Under the pieces are notes generated by a model. The model saw nothing but the letters and a program-made list of their open reading frames with translations, ran no database searches and had not been told where the DNA came from. From Arenimonas sp. (GTDB taxonomy: Bacteria > Pseudomonadota > Gammaproteobacteria > Xanthomonadales > Xanthomonadaceae): a stretch of DNA of 64,000 nucleotides. Below, one piece after another: positions 1 to 8,457 of this stretch (position 1 is the stretch's first letter; each line of letters begins with the position of its first letter). The DNA lies in contig NZ_JALHQI010000001.1 in assembly GCF_022842045.1 (NCBI RefSeq), forward strand, positions 9,774 through 73,773, written 5' to 3'. Position numbers and translations under genes: made by a program.

Positions 1-2
1 AT

Positions 3-1010
3 ATTCCGGGTGAAACGGCACGGGCATGGCTGAAGCTGCACAACCCGAACGGCATGCCAAATAGCGACGTGGTCAAGCCTTGGGCAAACGGCATGGATGT
101 TACACGCCGATCTTCGGATACGTGGATTATCGATTTCGGTGTCCGCATGGAGGAGGCCGCAGCCGAGCTGTACGAGACACCTTTTGCGCACGTCAAGAAG
201 GCTGTGAGTGCCCAACGTGACGCGAGCACAAAAGACACCAAGTACAAACGGTTCTGGCAAATGGCGCGCCCAATTCCTGCAATGCGCGAAGCTCTGCGAG
301 GTCGGGGTCGATATCTCGTCACGCCTGTAGTTGCAAAGTACCGCCTGTTCGCATGGATGGATGCGGGCGTTCTTGCAGACCATCAACTTATCGCCATTGC
401 CCGCGAAGATGACACTACGTTTGGCGTTCTACACTCGCGCTTTCATGAAATCTGGGCGCTGCGACTCGGCACAGAGCTTGAAGACAGACCCCGCTACACA
501 CCAACGACCACATTCGAGACTTTTCCATTCCCGGACGGCTTAACCCCGAAAGACACCAAGGACGGCGCCCCAGACACGGAGGCCGGCAGAGCTATCTCAG
601 CAGCTGCCAAGCAGCTCAACAATCTGCGCAATACGTGGCTTAACCCGCCGACAATTGTGGATTGGGTTCGGACGCCGGAAGAAGAAGCTGCCGGCTTCCC
701 CAAGCGCCCCGTCGCCAAACCTGGCTATGAGGCCGAGTTAAAAAAGTACACGCTCACCAACCTCTACAACGCCAGAGCCAAGGGCGACGCCGCGTGGCTA
801 GACCGTGCGCACAAAGACTTGGACAAGGCTGTGGCTGCCGCTTACGGCTGGACCGACTACACCCCAGATATGCCTGATGAGGAGATTCTGGGTCGCCTGC
901 TGGCTCTGAACCAAGCGCGCGTTGATAGTGCCCTGTTGGGGGAAGATATCCGGCCTAATGCGAAGAAAGCCAAGGTTACGAGGTCCAAGGCTACGGAGGC
1001 CAAGTTTTAG
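3..1010 (+). CDS. 3' part of an MmeI-like type IIL restriction-modification enzyme / DNA methyltransferase (target-recognition region); 5' end lies outside the window
   Basis: Frame is open from base 3 (IPGETARAWLKLHNPNGMPNSDVVKPW...). It contains YRLFAW..., FGVLHSRFHEIWALRLG and RPRYTPTTTFETFPFP, then TLTNLYN...WLDRAHKDLDKAVAAAYGW, all typical of the MmeI-family C-terminus. Confidence 0.85.
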   Translation: MPGETARAWLKLHNPNGMPNSDVVKPWANGMDVTRRSSDTWIIDFGVRMEEAAAELYETPFAHVKKAVSAQRDASTKDTKYKRFWQMARPIPAMREALRGRGRYLVTPVVAKYRLFAWMDAGVLADHQLIAIAREDDTTFGVLHSRFHEIWALRLGTELEDRPRYTPTTTFETFPFPDGLTPKDTKDGAPDTEAGRAISAAAKQLNNLRNTWLNPPTIVDWVRTPEEEAAGFPKRPVAKPGYEAELKKYTLTNLYNARAKGDAAWLDRAHKDLDKAVAAAYGWTDYTPDMPDEEILGRLLALNQARVDSALLGEDIRPNAKKAKVTRSKATEAKF

Positions 1011-1273
1011 TCAGCTTGCCACCCGTTGGTCGGTCCACTGTAGGCGCCGGTAACTCTAACCTTTGCGCCGCGAGGTACTGACCAACGATTCTGGCGTTGA
1101 CTAAGCCAAGCGGCCTGGAGGGCGGCGACTGGAAGCTCGGGGGCGCGGCTGGCTGCTGCTACCGACCATTAGCCGACCCGATGCTTCAGTCCCAGGAGGC
1201 TTGCGTTCAACTGCGAGGGCTCCATTTCTTATCGACTCGGCCGTGGTGTGCGCGGCGGATGCTGGAGAAGCGG

Positions 1274-2911
1274 ATGGCCAAGGTCGGTCGCAATGCCCCC
1301 TGCCCGTGCGGCAACGGGAAGAAGTTCAAGAAGTGCCACGGCGCGCCGAAGGAGGCCCCGGTGAAGCGCCCGCCCGGACCGCCCCAAGAAGTGTTCGAGG
1401 CCTTGATGCGCCGAGCCCACGCAAAGCAGGTGCAGACCGTTCGTCAACAGGGTCACGGCCGCCCCATCGTCTCCAACGAGTTGAAGGGCACCCGGTTCGT
1501 CGTCGTAGGCCAGGAACTCGCCTACGGGCCCTGGAAGATTTTCCCCGACTTCCTCCTCCACTACGTGCGAGCGCGCCTGGGGTTTGAGTGGGGCGAAGCT
1601 GAGAAGGGTAAGCCCGAGGTGGAGCGCCACCCGTTCGTCCGCTGGTGGGAAGCGTTCGGCGCCCAGCGCGAGCGCCACACTACGTCGGCCGATGGGATCA
1701 ACACCATGCCAATGTATGGAGCGGCCAGCGCCGTGCTTGGGCTCGCTTACGACCTCTACACCATCGAACACAACGCCGAGGACGAGCAGGCCGCCGCCTC
1801 GTTTCAGCGGATGCTGGCCCGGCTGCGCATCGCCGACCAGTTCATGGGCGCCAGGCACGAAGCCCGGGCTGCTGGCATGCTGCTGCGCGCCGGGTTCAAG
1901 TTGGCCTGGGAAGACGAGCAGGTGCGCCAGGACGGTGGGCATGGGGAGTTCGTGGCTACGTTCCCCGAGACGGGCCGCTCGTTCTGGGTCGAGTGCAAGA
2001 TGCGCCAGCCCGAACGCGAAGACGCCCGCTTCCGCTATACGCACCTAGTCAGCGAAGCCCTACAGAAGGCCACCGACCTGGAACGTTTGGTCTTCGTAGA
2101 GCTGGCCTACACCGGCGCCCCGTTGAACGAGGAAACGGGCGGCTGGGCAGGCATCGCCGTGAACCAGTTGCGCACGCTCGAGCAACAGCTCACGTCTCTT
2201 CCCGCAGCCCTGGTGGTGCTCACCAACTTCCCTGAGCACTGGCAGCTTGATCAGCCCATGGAGGGCACGGGCGTTGTGATGGAAGGATTCGGGACGGATC
2301 GGTACCGCATGGGTCAAGAAGAAGAATTGCTGGCCGCCATCGAAGCCAAGGAGCGCAACCGCGAAATCGAGTTCCTGTGGACCTCGCTGCAGAAGCACTC
2401 ACGCGCTCCCATCACTTTCGACGGCTCGTTGCCCGGCGTCGATCCCGATAGACAGCTGGTGCTTGGGCGTTCCTACCCTCTGCCCGACGGCCAGCTGGGT
2501 GTGCTGGAAGAAGCCACGGTGGTCGAGCAGTGGAAGCAAGCCGCCTGCTTCATGCGCCGCGCTGACGGCACGCGCGTCATGGTCAACATCGATCTGAGCG
2601 AGGACGAACTGGACGCATGGAAGCGCCATCCCGATACGTTTTTCGGCGAGCTTCGACCCCACCACCCGCCGGCCAAGAACGCGATGGATCTCTACGAGTT
2701 CTTCCACTCCAGTTATGTGAATACCCCGAAGGAAAAGCTGCTGGAGTTTATGGCGTACCACCACAACATCGCTGAGCTGCGCGAACTTCCCCAGCCCGAG
2801 CTAGCCAAGCGCTACGCCTACGCACTGGCCGCCACCGTCGTTAAGGACGCGCCCGCGCCGGCTACGCCCACCTGGCAAAAGCGGCTGCGAAAACCTCCCA
2901 CAAGGAAATAG
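1274..2911 (+). CDS. SEC-C metal-binding domain protein with a putative PD-(D/E)xK-like nuclease region
   Basis: Starts MAKVGRNAPCPCGNGKKFKKCHG (SEC-C motif). Central GARHEARAAGMLLRAGF...GEFVAT...FWVECK resembles a restriction-endonuclease fold. ATG 1274 is preferred over the ORF-track start at 1097. Confidence 0.7.
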   Translation: MAKVGRNAPCPCGNGKKFKKCHGAPKEAPVKRPPGPPQEVFEALMRRAHAKQVQTVRQQGHGRPIVSNELKGTRFVVVGQELAYGPWKIFPDFLLHYVRARLGFEWGEAEKGKPEVERHPFVRWWEAFGAQRERHTTSADGINTMPMYGAASAVLGLAYDLYTIEHNAEDEQAAASFQRMLARLRIADQFMGARHEARAAGMLLRAGFKLAWEDEQVRQDGGHGEFVATFPETGRSFWVECKMRQPEREDARFRYTHLVSEALQKATDLERLVFVELAYTGAPLNEETGGWAGIAVNQLRTLEQQLTSLPAALVVLTNFPEHWQLDQPMEGTGVVMEGFGTDRYRMGQEEELLAAIEAKERNREIEFLWTSLQKHSRAPITFDGSLPGVDPDRQLVLGRSYPLPDGQLGVLEEATVVEQWKQAACFMRRADGTRVMVNIDLSEDELDAWKRHPDTFFGELRPHHPPAKNAMDLYEFFHSSYVNTPKEKLLEFMAYHHNIAELRELPQPELAKRYAYALAATVVKDAPAPATPTWQKRLRKPPTRK

Positions 2912-3043
2912 CCCAGCCGGTCCAAACACCGTTCCTTTCTATAGCCCGCGCGCGGTGCGCGCCCCTAAGCCATGCAAATTAGGGTCGCCGGATACCTGCT
3001 TTTGGGTCGGAAGTTGCCCTCACCTACCCCCGATAACGTGCCC

Positions 3044-3298
3044 TTATCTGCCCTGGACCAAGCTCGCCGACACGGGTATCAAGGCCTTGGCGCTCTTGAA
3101 ATAACGCCCATGGGTCCTTCTGAGCGCCACTTCGTCAGCTGCGTGCAGCAGCACGACTTCGCGCCGAGTGTTTTCGGCGCGCAGGCGGAGTTCAAGGGCA
3201 AGCCGCGCGTCGTCGGCCTGTTCGCGTTCGGTGTCGGCAAACGCGACTAAGTTGACGATTTCGCCGCGCTGGCGGTCGTATTCGATGAGAAAAAGCAT
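3044..3298 (-). CDS. Small hypothetical protein (84 aa) directly downstream of the RelA/SpoT remnant
   Basis: ATG lies 3 nt after the upstream stop; protein-like sequence MLFLIEYDRQRGEIV...EVVLLHAADEVALRRTHGRYF. Confidence 0.65.
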   Translation of the reverse strand: MLFLIEYDRQRGEIVNLVAFADTEREQADDARLALELRLRAENTRREVVLLHAADEVALRRTHGRYFKSAKALIPVSASLVQGR

Positions 3299-3301
3299 GT
3301 T

Positions 3302-3765
3302 CTACTCCCTGTGCGATTCGGCCAGTTTGCGAGCAATCTCCGCCACGGCGGCCGCGAACTTCTGGTGCTGTCCCTCGACCTCCTGCTCGATCTGCTCGAC
3401 GAAGCGGCCCACGTTCGAAACTGCTCCAAGAATCGAGCGCTCGCTTTCCGGTCCGCCCCCGTACTTCAGGGCGGGCTCTGCGGTATCGCCCAGCATCTCG
3501 GCGTATTCGGCCTAGGCATGCTGAGGTTCGATCCGGATCTGGATCGCGACGGCCCGGCCCTCGACCCGGGCGAACACATGCACCGCCTTGTGGCCATTGC
3601 TCGGGGCTCGCGTCTGTCCACGACCGTGCAGTCCGGAAACAGCGCTGTGAGCCGGGCCACCAGTTCATCCTGCTGGCGGGAATTTCCCACGACCAGGCGG
3701 CAGCCGGCTACGTCCTGCATCTGGCCCAGCCGCGTGGAAGAACTGACCAGTGCGCTGCAGCCCAA
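3302..3765 (-). pseudogene. Degraded RelA/SpoT-domain small alarmone synthetase (5' truncated, frameshifted, in-frame stop)
   Basis: One frame reads RLGQMQDVAGCRLVV...VVDRREP. After a frameshift near 3600 it reads SNGHKAVHV...VAIQIRIEPQHA*AEYAEM, with TAG at 3512-3514 where the family has W, and continues in frame to LKYGGGP and the stop at 3302. Confidence 0.7.
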
Positions 3766-3772
3766 TGTGGGC

Positions 3773-5086
3773 TCAGGTGCACGCCAGGGTTAGAACCGGT
3801 GCGAAACCGCCCCCGGGCGTGCGAAAGTTAGTGGTTTGCCCGTGATAGAGACGGGCCGCGAAGAACAGCACTTGCCCCTCATAGGCATAGCCGCGCAGAT
3901 CGACCTTCAGTGGAGTTGATTCGGGTCCTGTGTGTCGCACACTGGGTGGAATCAGGGCCTGCGCCACATAGTCCTGGTCGGCCATCTGCGCCCAAGTCTT
4001 GCGAGTGAGCTTGTCGCCCCGGTAGCTGGCGCGGCTGCCAAAGCCCCCGGCTGGCTTGAAGAACCATTCTTGTCGTGTAGCCCACAGTTGCTCGCGATTG
4101 TCCGCGCTCACCAGCACCGTTCGCGGGACCATCTCGGTGAGCAGCGTCTGCCGATCCGGCGACAGTCCTGCTTTGGCCAAGAATGTGCGGTCTCCCAACA
4201 AAGTCAGGTTGCGCTTGTCGGCCCACAGGGCGTGGGCGCGTGGATGGGGGCTCAGCGCCACCGCACCCGCGAGATACGCCAGGCGCAGGGCCTGCGAGGT
4301 GGGAGCCATCAACGCGAAGTCAGTGAGGCGGTTGTATACGCAGCCGATGCGCTCCTCGCCCAGGCGCAGCGCCCCGTCGACAAACCGCAGGTCGCCTGGG
4401 TCGCAGATCGCCGTCCGATAGCCCCGCGCTTCGAGCGCACGTTTGAACAGCATGAACTCAGCATAAAGATACTGCTGCTCTGGCGCGTGATCCACGATGG
4501 CCACCAGCGAGTTATCGGCGCGTCCGCCCTGCGCCTGCCATTCATCGAGCAGGACGTCGATGGCGGCCTGCTCGGCCTCGCTGGAAGCGGCCGGCGTGCT
4601 CAGCGACGGCAGGCAAAGACGCTGTGCCTTGGCCAAGAGGGCATTGAGCAGCAGGCCACCGGGATTGGTGTTGATCTCGATGAGCCGGGGTCCTGTGGGC
4701 CCCAGATGAAAGTCAAAGCCCAGCAGTCCGCCGGGCGAGCCAGGATCGTGCCGGGCGATGACGGGCGCCCAGGCCAACGCGGTTTCGACGAAGGCAGGGG
4801 TCGCGACGGCTGCGCTCAATGCCTGTACGGCCGCCTCCATCTGCCTAACAGTGTGCTCGGGCACGAAGATCGGCAGTGCGGCGAACAAGTGTGCGTGGGC
4901 GTCGGTCAAGCGACTGGGTGCGCCCTCTGACGCCAGCAGGCCGTTGACTTGCTCACGCACGGAATCCGGATCCACGGCGACGCAGAAACAATCGCGATGC
5001 AGGGCCTCGGCGGTCACGGTTTCCACGCAGGGCGCACCGCACCCCTCCAGGACGCGGCGAATGACGGGCTGGGTCACAACGGTCAC
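3773..5086 (-). CDS. Circularly permuted ATP-grasp (glutathionylspermidine-synthase-like) protein
   Basis: GFDFHL...RLIEINTN, VYNR, ADKRNL, FFKPAGGFGS, YVAQ and KVDLR...ARLY...TNFRTPGGG occur in the permuted ATP-grasp order. Confidence 0.65.
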   Translation of the reverse strand: MTVVTQPVIRRVLEGCGAPCVETVTAEALHRDCFCVAVDPDSVREQVNGLLASEGAPSRLTDAHAHLFAALPIFVPEHTVRQMEAAVQALSAAVATPAFVETALAWAPVIARHDPGSPGGLLGFDFHLGPTGPRLIEINTNPGGLLLNALLAKAQRLCLPSLSTPAASSEAEQAAIDVLLDEWQAQGGRADNSLVAIVDHAPEQQYLYAEFMLFKRALEARGYRTAICDPGDLRFVDGALRLGEERIGCVYNRLTDFALMAPTSQALRLAYLAGAVALSPHPRAHALWADKRNLTLLGDRTFLAKAGLSPDRQTLLTEMVPRTVLVSADNREQLWATRQEWFFKPAGGFGSRASYRGDKLTRKTWAQMADQDYVAQALIPPSVRHTGPESTPLKVDLRGYAYEGQVLFFAARLYHGQTTNFRTPGGGFAPVLTLACT

Positions 5087-5213
5087 GGGACTTGGATCCT
5101 CTCAGCAGGGAGTGCGTGTCGGACGGCGGACGGATCCGATGCTACGCTTGTCACGGGGCTGGGGCGCCGGAACTTTCCGGACCGAAGCCTGTCCGATGCC
5201 CGGAGCCGGTGGG

Positions 5214-5255
5214 TTGACGCAGGTCAAGCCGCCAAGACACCAGAACAGGTACCGT
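5214..5255 (+). promoter_or_regulatory. FNR/CRP-family-like palindrome TTGAC-N4-GTCAA with a -10 element (class II geometry)
   Basis: TTGACGCAGGTCAA at 5214-5227 and TACCGT at 5250-5255; the same layout recurs at 11904-11944. Confidence 0.6.
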
Positions 5256-5265
5256 GCCGCCCAGG

Positions 5266-5676
5266 ATGAAGACATTTCGCCGCCACCGCTTGCGTACCCG
5301 CCTTTCGCTTCTGGCGATGGTGGCGCTGCTGTGGTCGCAATTGGTCCTGGCTGCCCACCCGGCCTGTACCTTGGCCAGTATGGCAATGGACAATGCCCAC
5401 GACGTGTCGACAGGGCACGTCGACCCCGAGCCGGCCCCCTGCCATCCGTCGCCGTCCCCGGAGAGTTCTCCTGTTTGCGATACCCACTGCAGTCGCAGTG
5501 ACCTGAGTCCGGACGTGGCTCGCGTGCTGGCCGTTCCTGCCTTGGGCGCCTGCTCTGTCGTTCCGGTCATGAGCGTGCAGCGCCTGCCTCATGAGCCTGA
5601 TGCCGCCCAAACCCCGGGGCCCTTGCGCTCCTGGCATCGACCGACCGCCCACCCCGCCAGTCTCTTGTTGATTTGA
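5266..5676 (+). CDS. His/Cys-rich leader protein with N-terminal hydrophobic segment, ending HRPTAHPASLLLI
   Basis: Clear paralog at 11955-12377 shares HPAC, PCH, CxxHC and the C-terminal motif; lies directly upstream of the tolC-like gene. The start could be 5254 instead. Confidence 0.75.
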   Translation: MKTFRRHRLRTRLSLLAMVALLWSQLVLAAHPACTLASMAMDNAHDVSTGHVDPEPAPCHPSPSPESSPVCDTHCSRSDLSPDVARVLAVPALGACSVVPVMSVQRLPHEPDAAQTPGPLRSWHRPTAHPASLLLI

Positions 5677-5808
5677 TCCCGCACCGATGACCGGCCGGCG
5701 CCGCTGTGCGCCGTCGCCGGAGACATCGGTTCGGCCGCGTCCTGCGGCCGGTGCCGTCCGACCCACCCCTGCGGCCCCCGTGGCCAGCAGCCGTGCAAGG
5801 CGAACATC

Positions 5809-7116
5809 ATGGGATCCACGCTCACCTTTACCCCCCCGGGGCCCCGCCCTAACCACCCGCGCCGTGGCGCGCTCCGCGCTTTGGCCTTGGCGACACTGCT
5901 CGCGTTCGCGCCAGCGTCCTTCGCTGACACGCCGCTACCCGGAGCCGATGTCGAGTCCGTGCGGACCTGGTTGTTGGGCAACAATCCGGACCTGCAGGCG
6001 ATGCAGGCCGAGGCAGAAGCAGCGCAGGCACGCATTTACCCAGCTGGCGCCCTGCCCGACCCGATGGTCGGCATCTCATTGCAGGGGATCAACCCTGATC
6101 GCCCGAACTTACTGCCCGGTAACGTCGGGTCGGCGACCTACAGCGTGAAACAGCCTATCCCGCTATGGGGCAAGCGCGGGTTGGCCCGCGACGTGGCGCG
6201 ACAGCAGGCTGACGCCATCCAGCTGGAGCGGGAAGCCGCGGCGCTGAGGTTGCTGGCGCAGGCGGAGCAGGCCTATGTGCGCTACTGGCATGCCCGCGAG
6301 GGTGTGGCCGTGGTTGACCGGCTGATCGAACTGTTGGCGCAGATGGAAGAGGTTGCCCGGGTACGGTACGCCTTGGGCGTCGCGGCCCAGCAGGATTCCA
6401 TCCGCGCGCAGGTGGCCCGCACCGCGATGCAGCGCGAACGTATCGAGCGCCTGGCTATCCGTGAAGAGGCCGTGGCCATGTTGAACGCCACCCTCGGCCG
6501 GCCGGCCGACGCCCCCTTGGCCGAGCCGACCGGCGAGCCCGTGCTGGCCGTGCCGGCCGCTTCGCTCGGCGAAGCGCTCGGCCTGCTGGCGGAGGCCCGG
6601 CATCCTGCCTTGCGGGCCAGTACGGCACTGGCTGGGGCGGCCGATACGGCGGCGCAGCTCCAGCGCCGCCGCCGTTTGCCTGATCTCACGCTCGGCGTGG
6701 GCGTCATGCAGCGCGATGATCGCGTCGACGCCTACGAGGTGATGCTCGAAGTGGAGATCCCGCTACAGCGGCGTGCGCTGCGTGAGCGAGAGCGTGAGGC
6801 CCTGCTCATGAGGGACGCCGCAACGGCGCGTGCCGAGGCGATCGGCACCGAACTGCAGGGCCAACTGGGCCAGGCGTGGGCCCAGACGCGGAGTGCACGC
6901 GAGCAGCGCCGCCTGATCGAGCAGACATTGTTGCCGCAGGCGCAGGCCAACTTCGAATCCGCCCTCGCCAGCTACCGGGTCGGCGACGTCGACTTCGGCA
7001 CCTTGTTGGAGGCCTTGGAGGCCTGGCAAGGCGCTGATCTGTCGCGCGTGGATGTCCGTCGTAATGAACTCGTTGGCGCCGCTACGGTGCGCGCCCTGAT
7101 TGGGAGTGTCGAATGA
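5809..7116 (+). CDS. TolC/CusC-family outer membrane efflux protein
   Basis: Signal peptide, ALPDPMV, QPIPLWGKRGL, and ASYRVGDVDFGTLLEA repeats; first gene of an RND triplet. Confidence 0.85.
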   Translation: MGSTLTFTPPGPRPNHPRRGALRALALATLLAFAPASFADTPLPGADVESVRTWLLGNNPDLQAMQAEAEAAQARIYPAGALPDPMVGISLQGINPDRPNLLPGNVGSATYSVKQPIPLWGKRGLARDVARQQADAIQLEREAAALRLLAQAEQAYVRYWHAREGVAVVDRLIELLAQMEEVARVRYALGVAAQQDSIRAQVARTAMQRERIERLAIREEAVAMLNATLGRPADAPLAEPTGEPVLAVPAASLGEALGLLAEARHPALRASTALAGAADTAAQLQRRRRLPDLTLGVGVMQRDDRVDAYEVMLEVEIPLQRRALREREREALLMRDAATARAEAIGTELQGQLGQAWAQTRSAREQRRLIEQTLLPQAQANFESALASYRVGDVDFGTLLEALEAWQGADLSRVDVRRNELVGAATVRALIGSVE

Positions 7117-8456
7117 ATCGGTTCAATTGGAGTGTCCTGGCCCTCGCTGTTGGAGCGGCGCTGGCCCTGGGGTGGTGGTCGGGACGCGCCTCGGCGCCGG
7201 ACGCCGGGTCGCTGAACGTCCAGGAGACCTCGGCCGAATCGGGCGAGCGCAAAATCTTGTACTACCGCAACCCCATGGGTCTGCCCGACACCTCGCCCGT
7301 GCCCAAGAAGGACGCCATGGGCATGGACTACATCCCGGTATTTGAGGGCGGAGAGCCCGCGGCGGAGCCCGGAACGGTCGTGTTGCCGCCCGACAAGGTC
7401 CAGAAATTGGGCGTGCGCACCGAGGTGGCCGTTCGAGAGGCCTTGGTCGCCAACGTCCGTGCGAGCGCCTCGGTGCAGGTGGACGAGACCCGGCAATTTG
7501 TAGTCGCCCCGCGCTTCGAGGGCTGGATAGAGACCCTGTACGCGAACGAGACCGGCATGACGGTGCGGCGCGGCGAGCCGCTGATGGCGATCTACAGCCC
7601 GGAGCTGATCGCGGCCCAAGGCGAGTACGCGGTGGCCGACGCGGCGGCGAAACGTCTGGCCGACAGTGATCCGGCCAGCGCCGCCACCATGCGCCAGTTG
7701 CGCGACGCGGCGCAAACACGCCTGCGCAACTGGGAGGTGGCAGGGGCACATGTCGCTCGCCAGGGCCGCGAGGCGCGCCTGGTGCTGTCGGCACCCGCCG
7801 ATGCCGTTGTGGTCGACAAGCCTGTCGTCCAGGGTGACCGATTCACCCCGGGCCAGACCATCCTGCGGCTCGCCGACCTCTCCACGGTCTGGGTGATCGC
7901 CGAGGTGCCGACATCGGCGTCGGCCGATCTGGCGATCGGCAGCCAGGCCAGCTTCGAGACGCCCAGCCTGCCCGGACAGCGCTTCGAAGGCGAGGTGAGC
8001 TTCCTCCAGCCGGTCGTCAACCTGACCAGCCGCACGGTCGGCGTGCGAATCGAACTCCCGAACCCCGACGGGGTCCTGCGTCCCGGGCTCTTTGGTGATG
8101 TGGAACTGCAGGGCCGCGGCGGGGACCCGACCGTCGTGGTGCCGCGATCGTCCGTCATCGACTCCGGGACGCGCCAATTGGTCCTGGTGGAGACGGCCCC
8201 GGGCCGATTCGCGCCACGCGAGGTTCGCTTGGGTGCTCGGGCCGGTGATCGGGTCGCCGTGCTGTCGGGCGTCGAGGCCGGGGAGAAGGTCGTGGTCTCG
8301 GCGAACTTCCTGATCGATGCGGAGAGCAACCTGCGATCGGCCATGCAGGGCATGGAACATGGATCGCCTCCCCCGGCCGAGGATCACAGCGCCCATGAGG
8401 CGACGGCAGCACCACCGGCCGAAGACCCGCACGCCGCCCACACGGGAGGGCAGTGA
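7113..8456 (+). CDS. cusB: CusB-like periplasmic adaptor (MFP) of a heavy-metal RND pump
   Basis: KILYYRNPMGLPDTSPVPKKDAMGMDYIPV, lipoyl-like halves, C-terminal ANFLIDAESNL; ATGA overlap with the upstream gene. Confidence 0.88.
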   Translation: MNRFNWSVLALAVGAALALGWWSGRASAPDAGSLNVQETSAESGERKILYYRNPMGLPDTSPVPKKDAMGMDYIPVFEGGEPAAEPGTVVLPPDKVQKLGVRTEVAVREALVANVRASASVQVDETRQFVVAPRFEGWIETLYANETGMTVRRGEPLMAIYSPELIAAQGEYAVADAAAKRLADSDPASAATMRQLRDAAQTRLRNWEVAGAHVARQGREARLVLSAPADAVVVDKPVVQGDRFTPGQTILRLADLSTVWVIAEVPTSASADLAIGSQASFETPSLPGQRFEGEVSFLQPVVNLTSRTVGVRIELPNPDGVLRPGLFGDVELQGRGGDPTVVVPRSSVIDSGTRQLVLVETAPGRFAPREVRLGARAGDRVAVLSGVEAGEKVVVSANFLIDAESNLRSAMQGMEHGSPPPAEDHSAHEATAAPPAEDPHAAHTGGQ

Positions 8457-8457
8457 C

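Noticed and set aside
1039-1070. TGTAGGCG...TCTAACCTT as a possible far end of the Tn7-like element
   Set aside because: It shares TCTAACCTT with the right-hand region, but the spacing from TGT does not match and the preceding 5 bp do not match either candidate target duplication.
1097-1273. N-terminal extension of the SEC-C ORF from a TTG start
   Set aside because: SEC-C motifs of this kind normally begin the protein; ATG 1274 follows a GGAGAAG purine tract and the extension looks non-coding.
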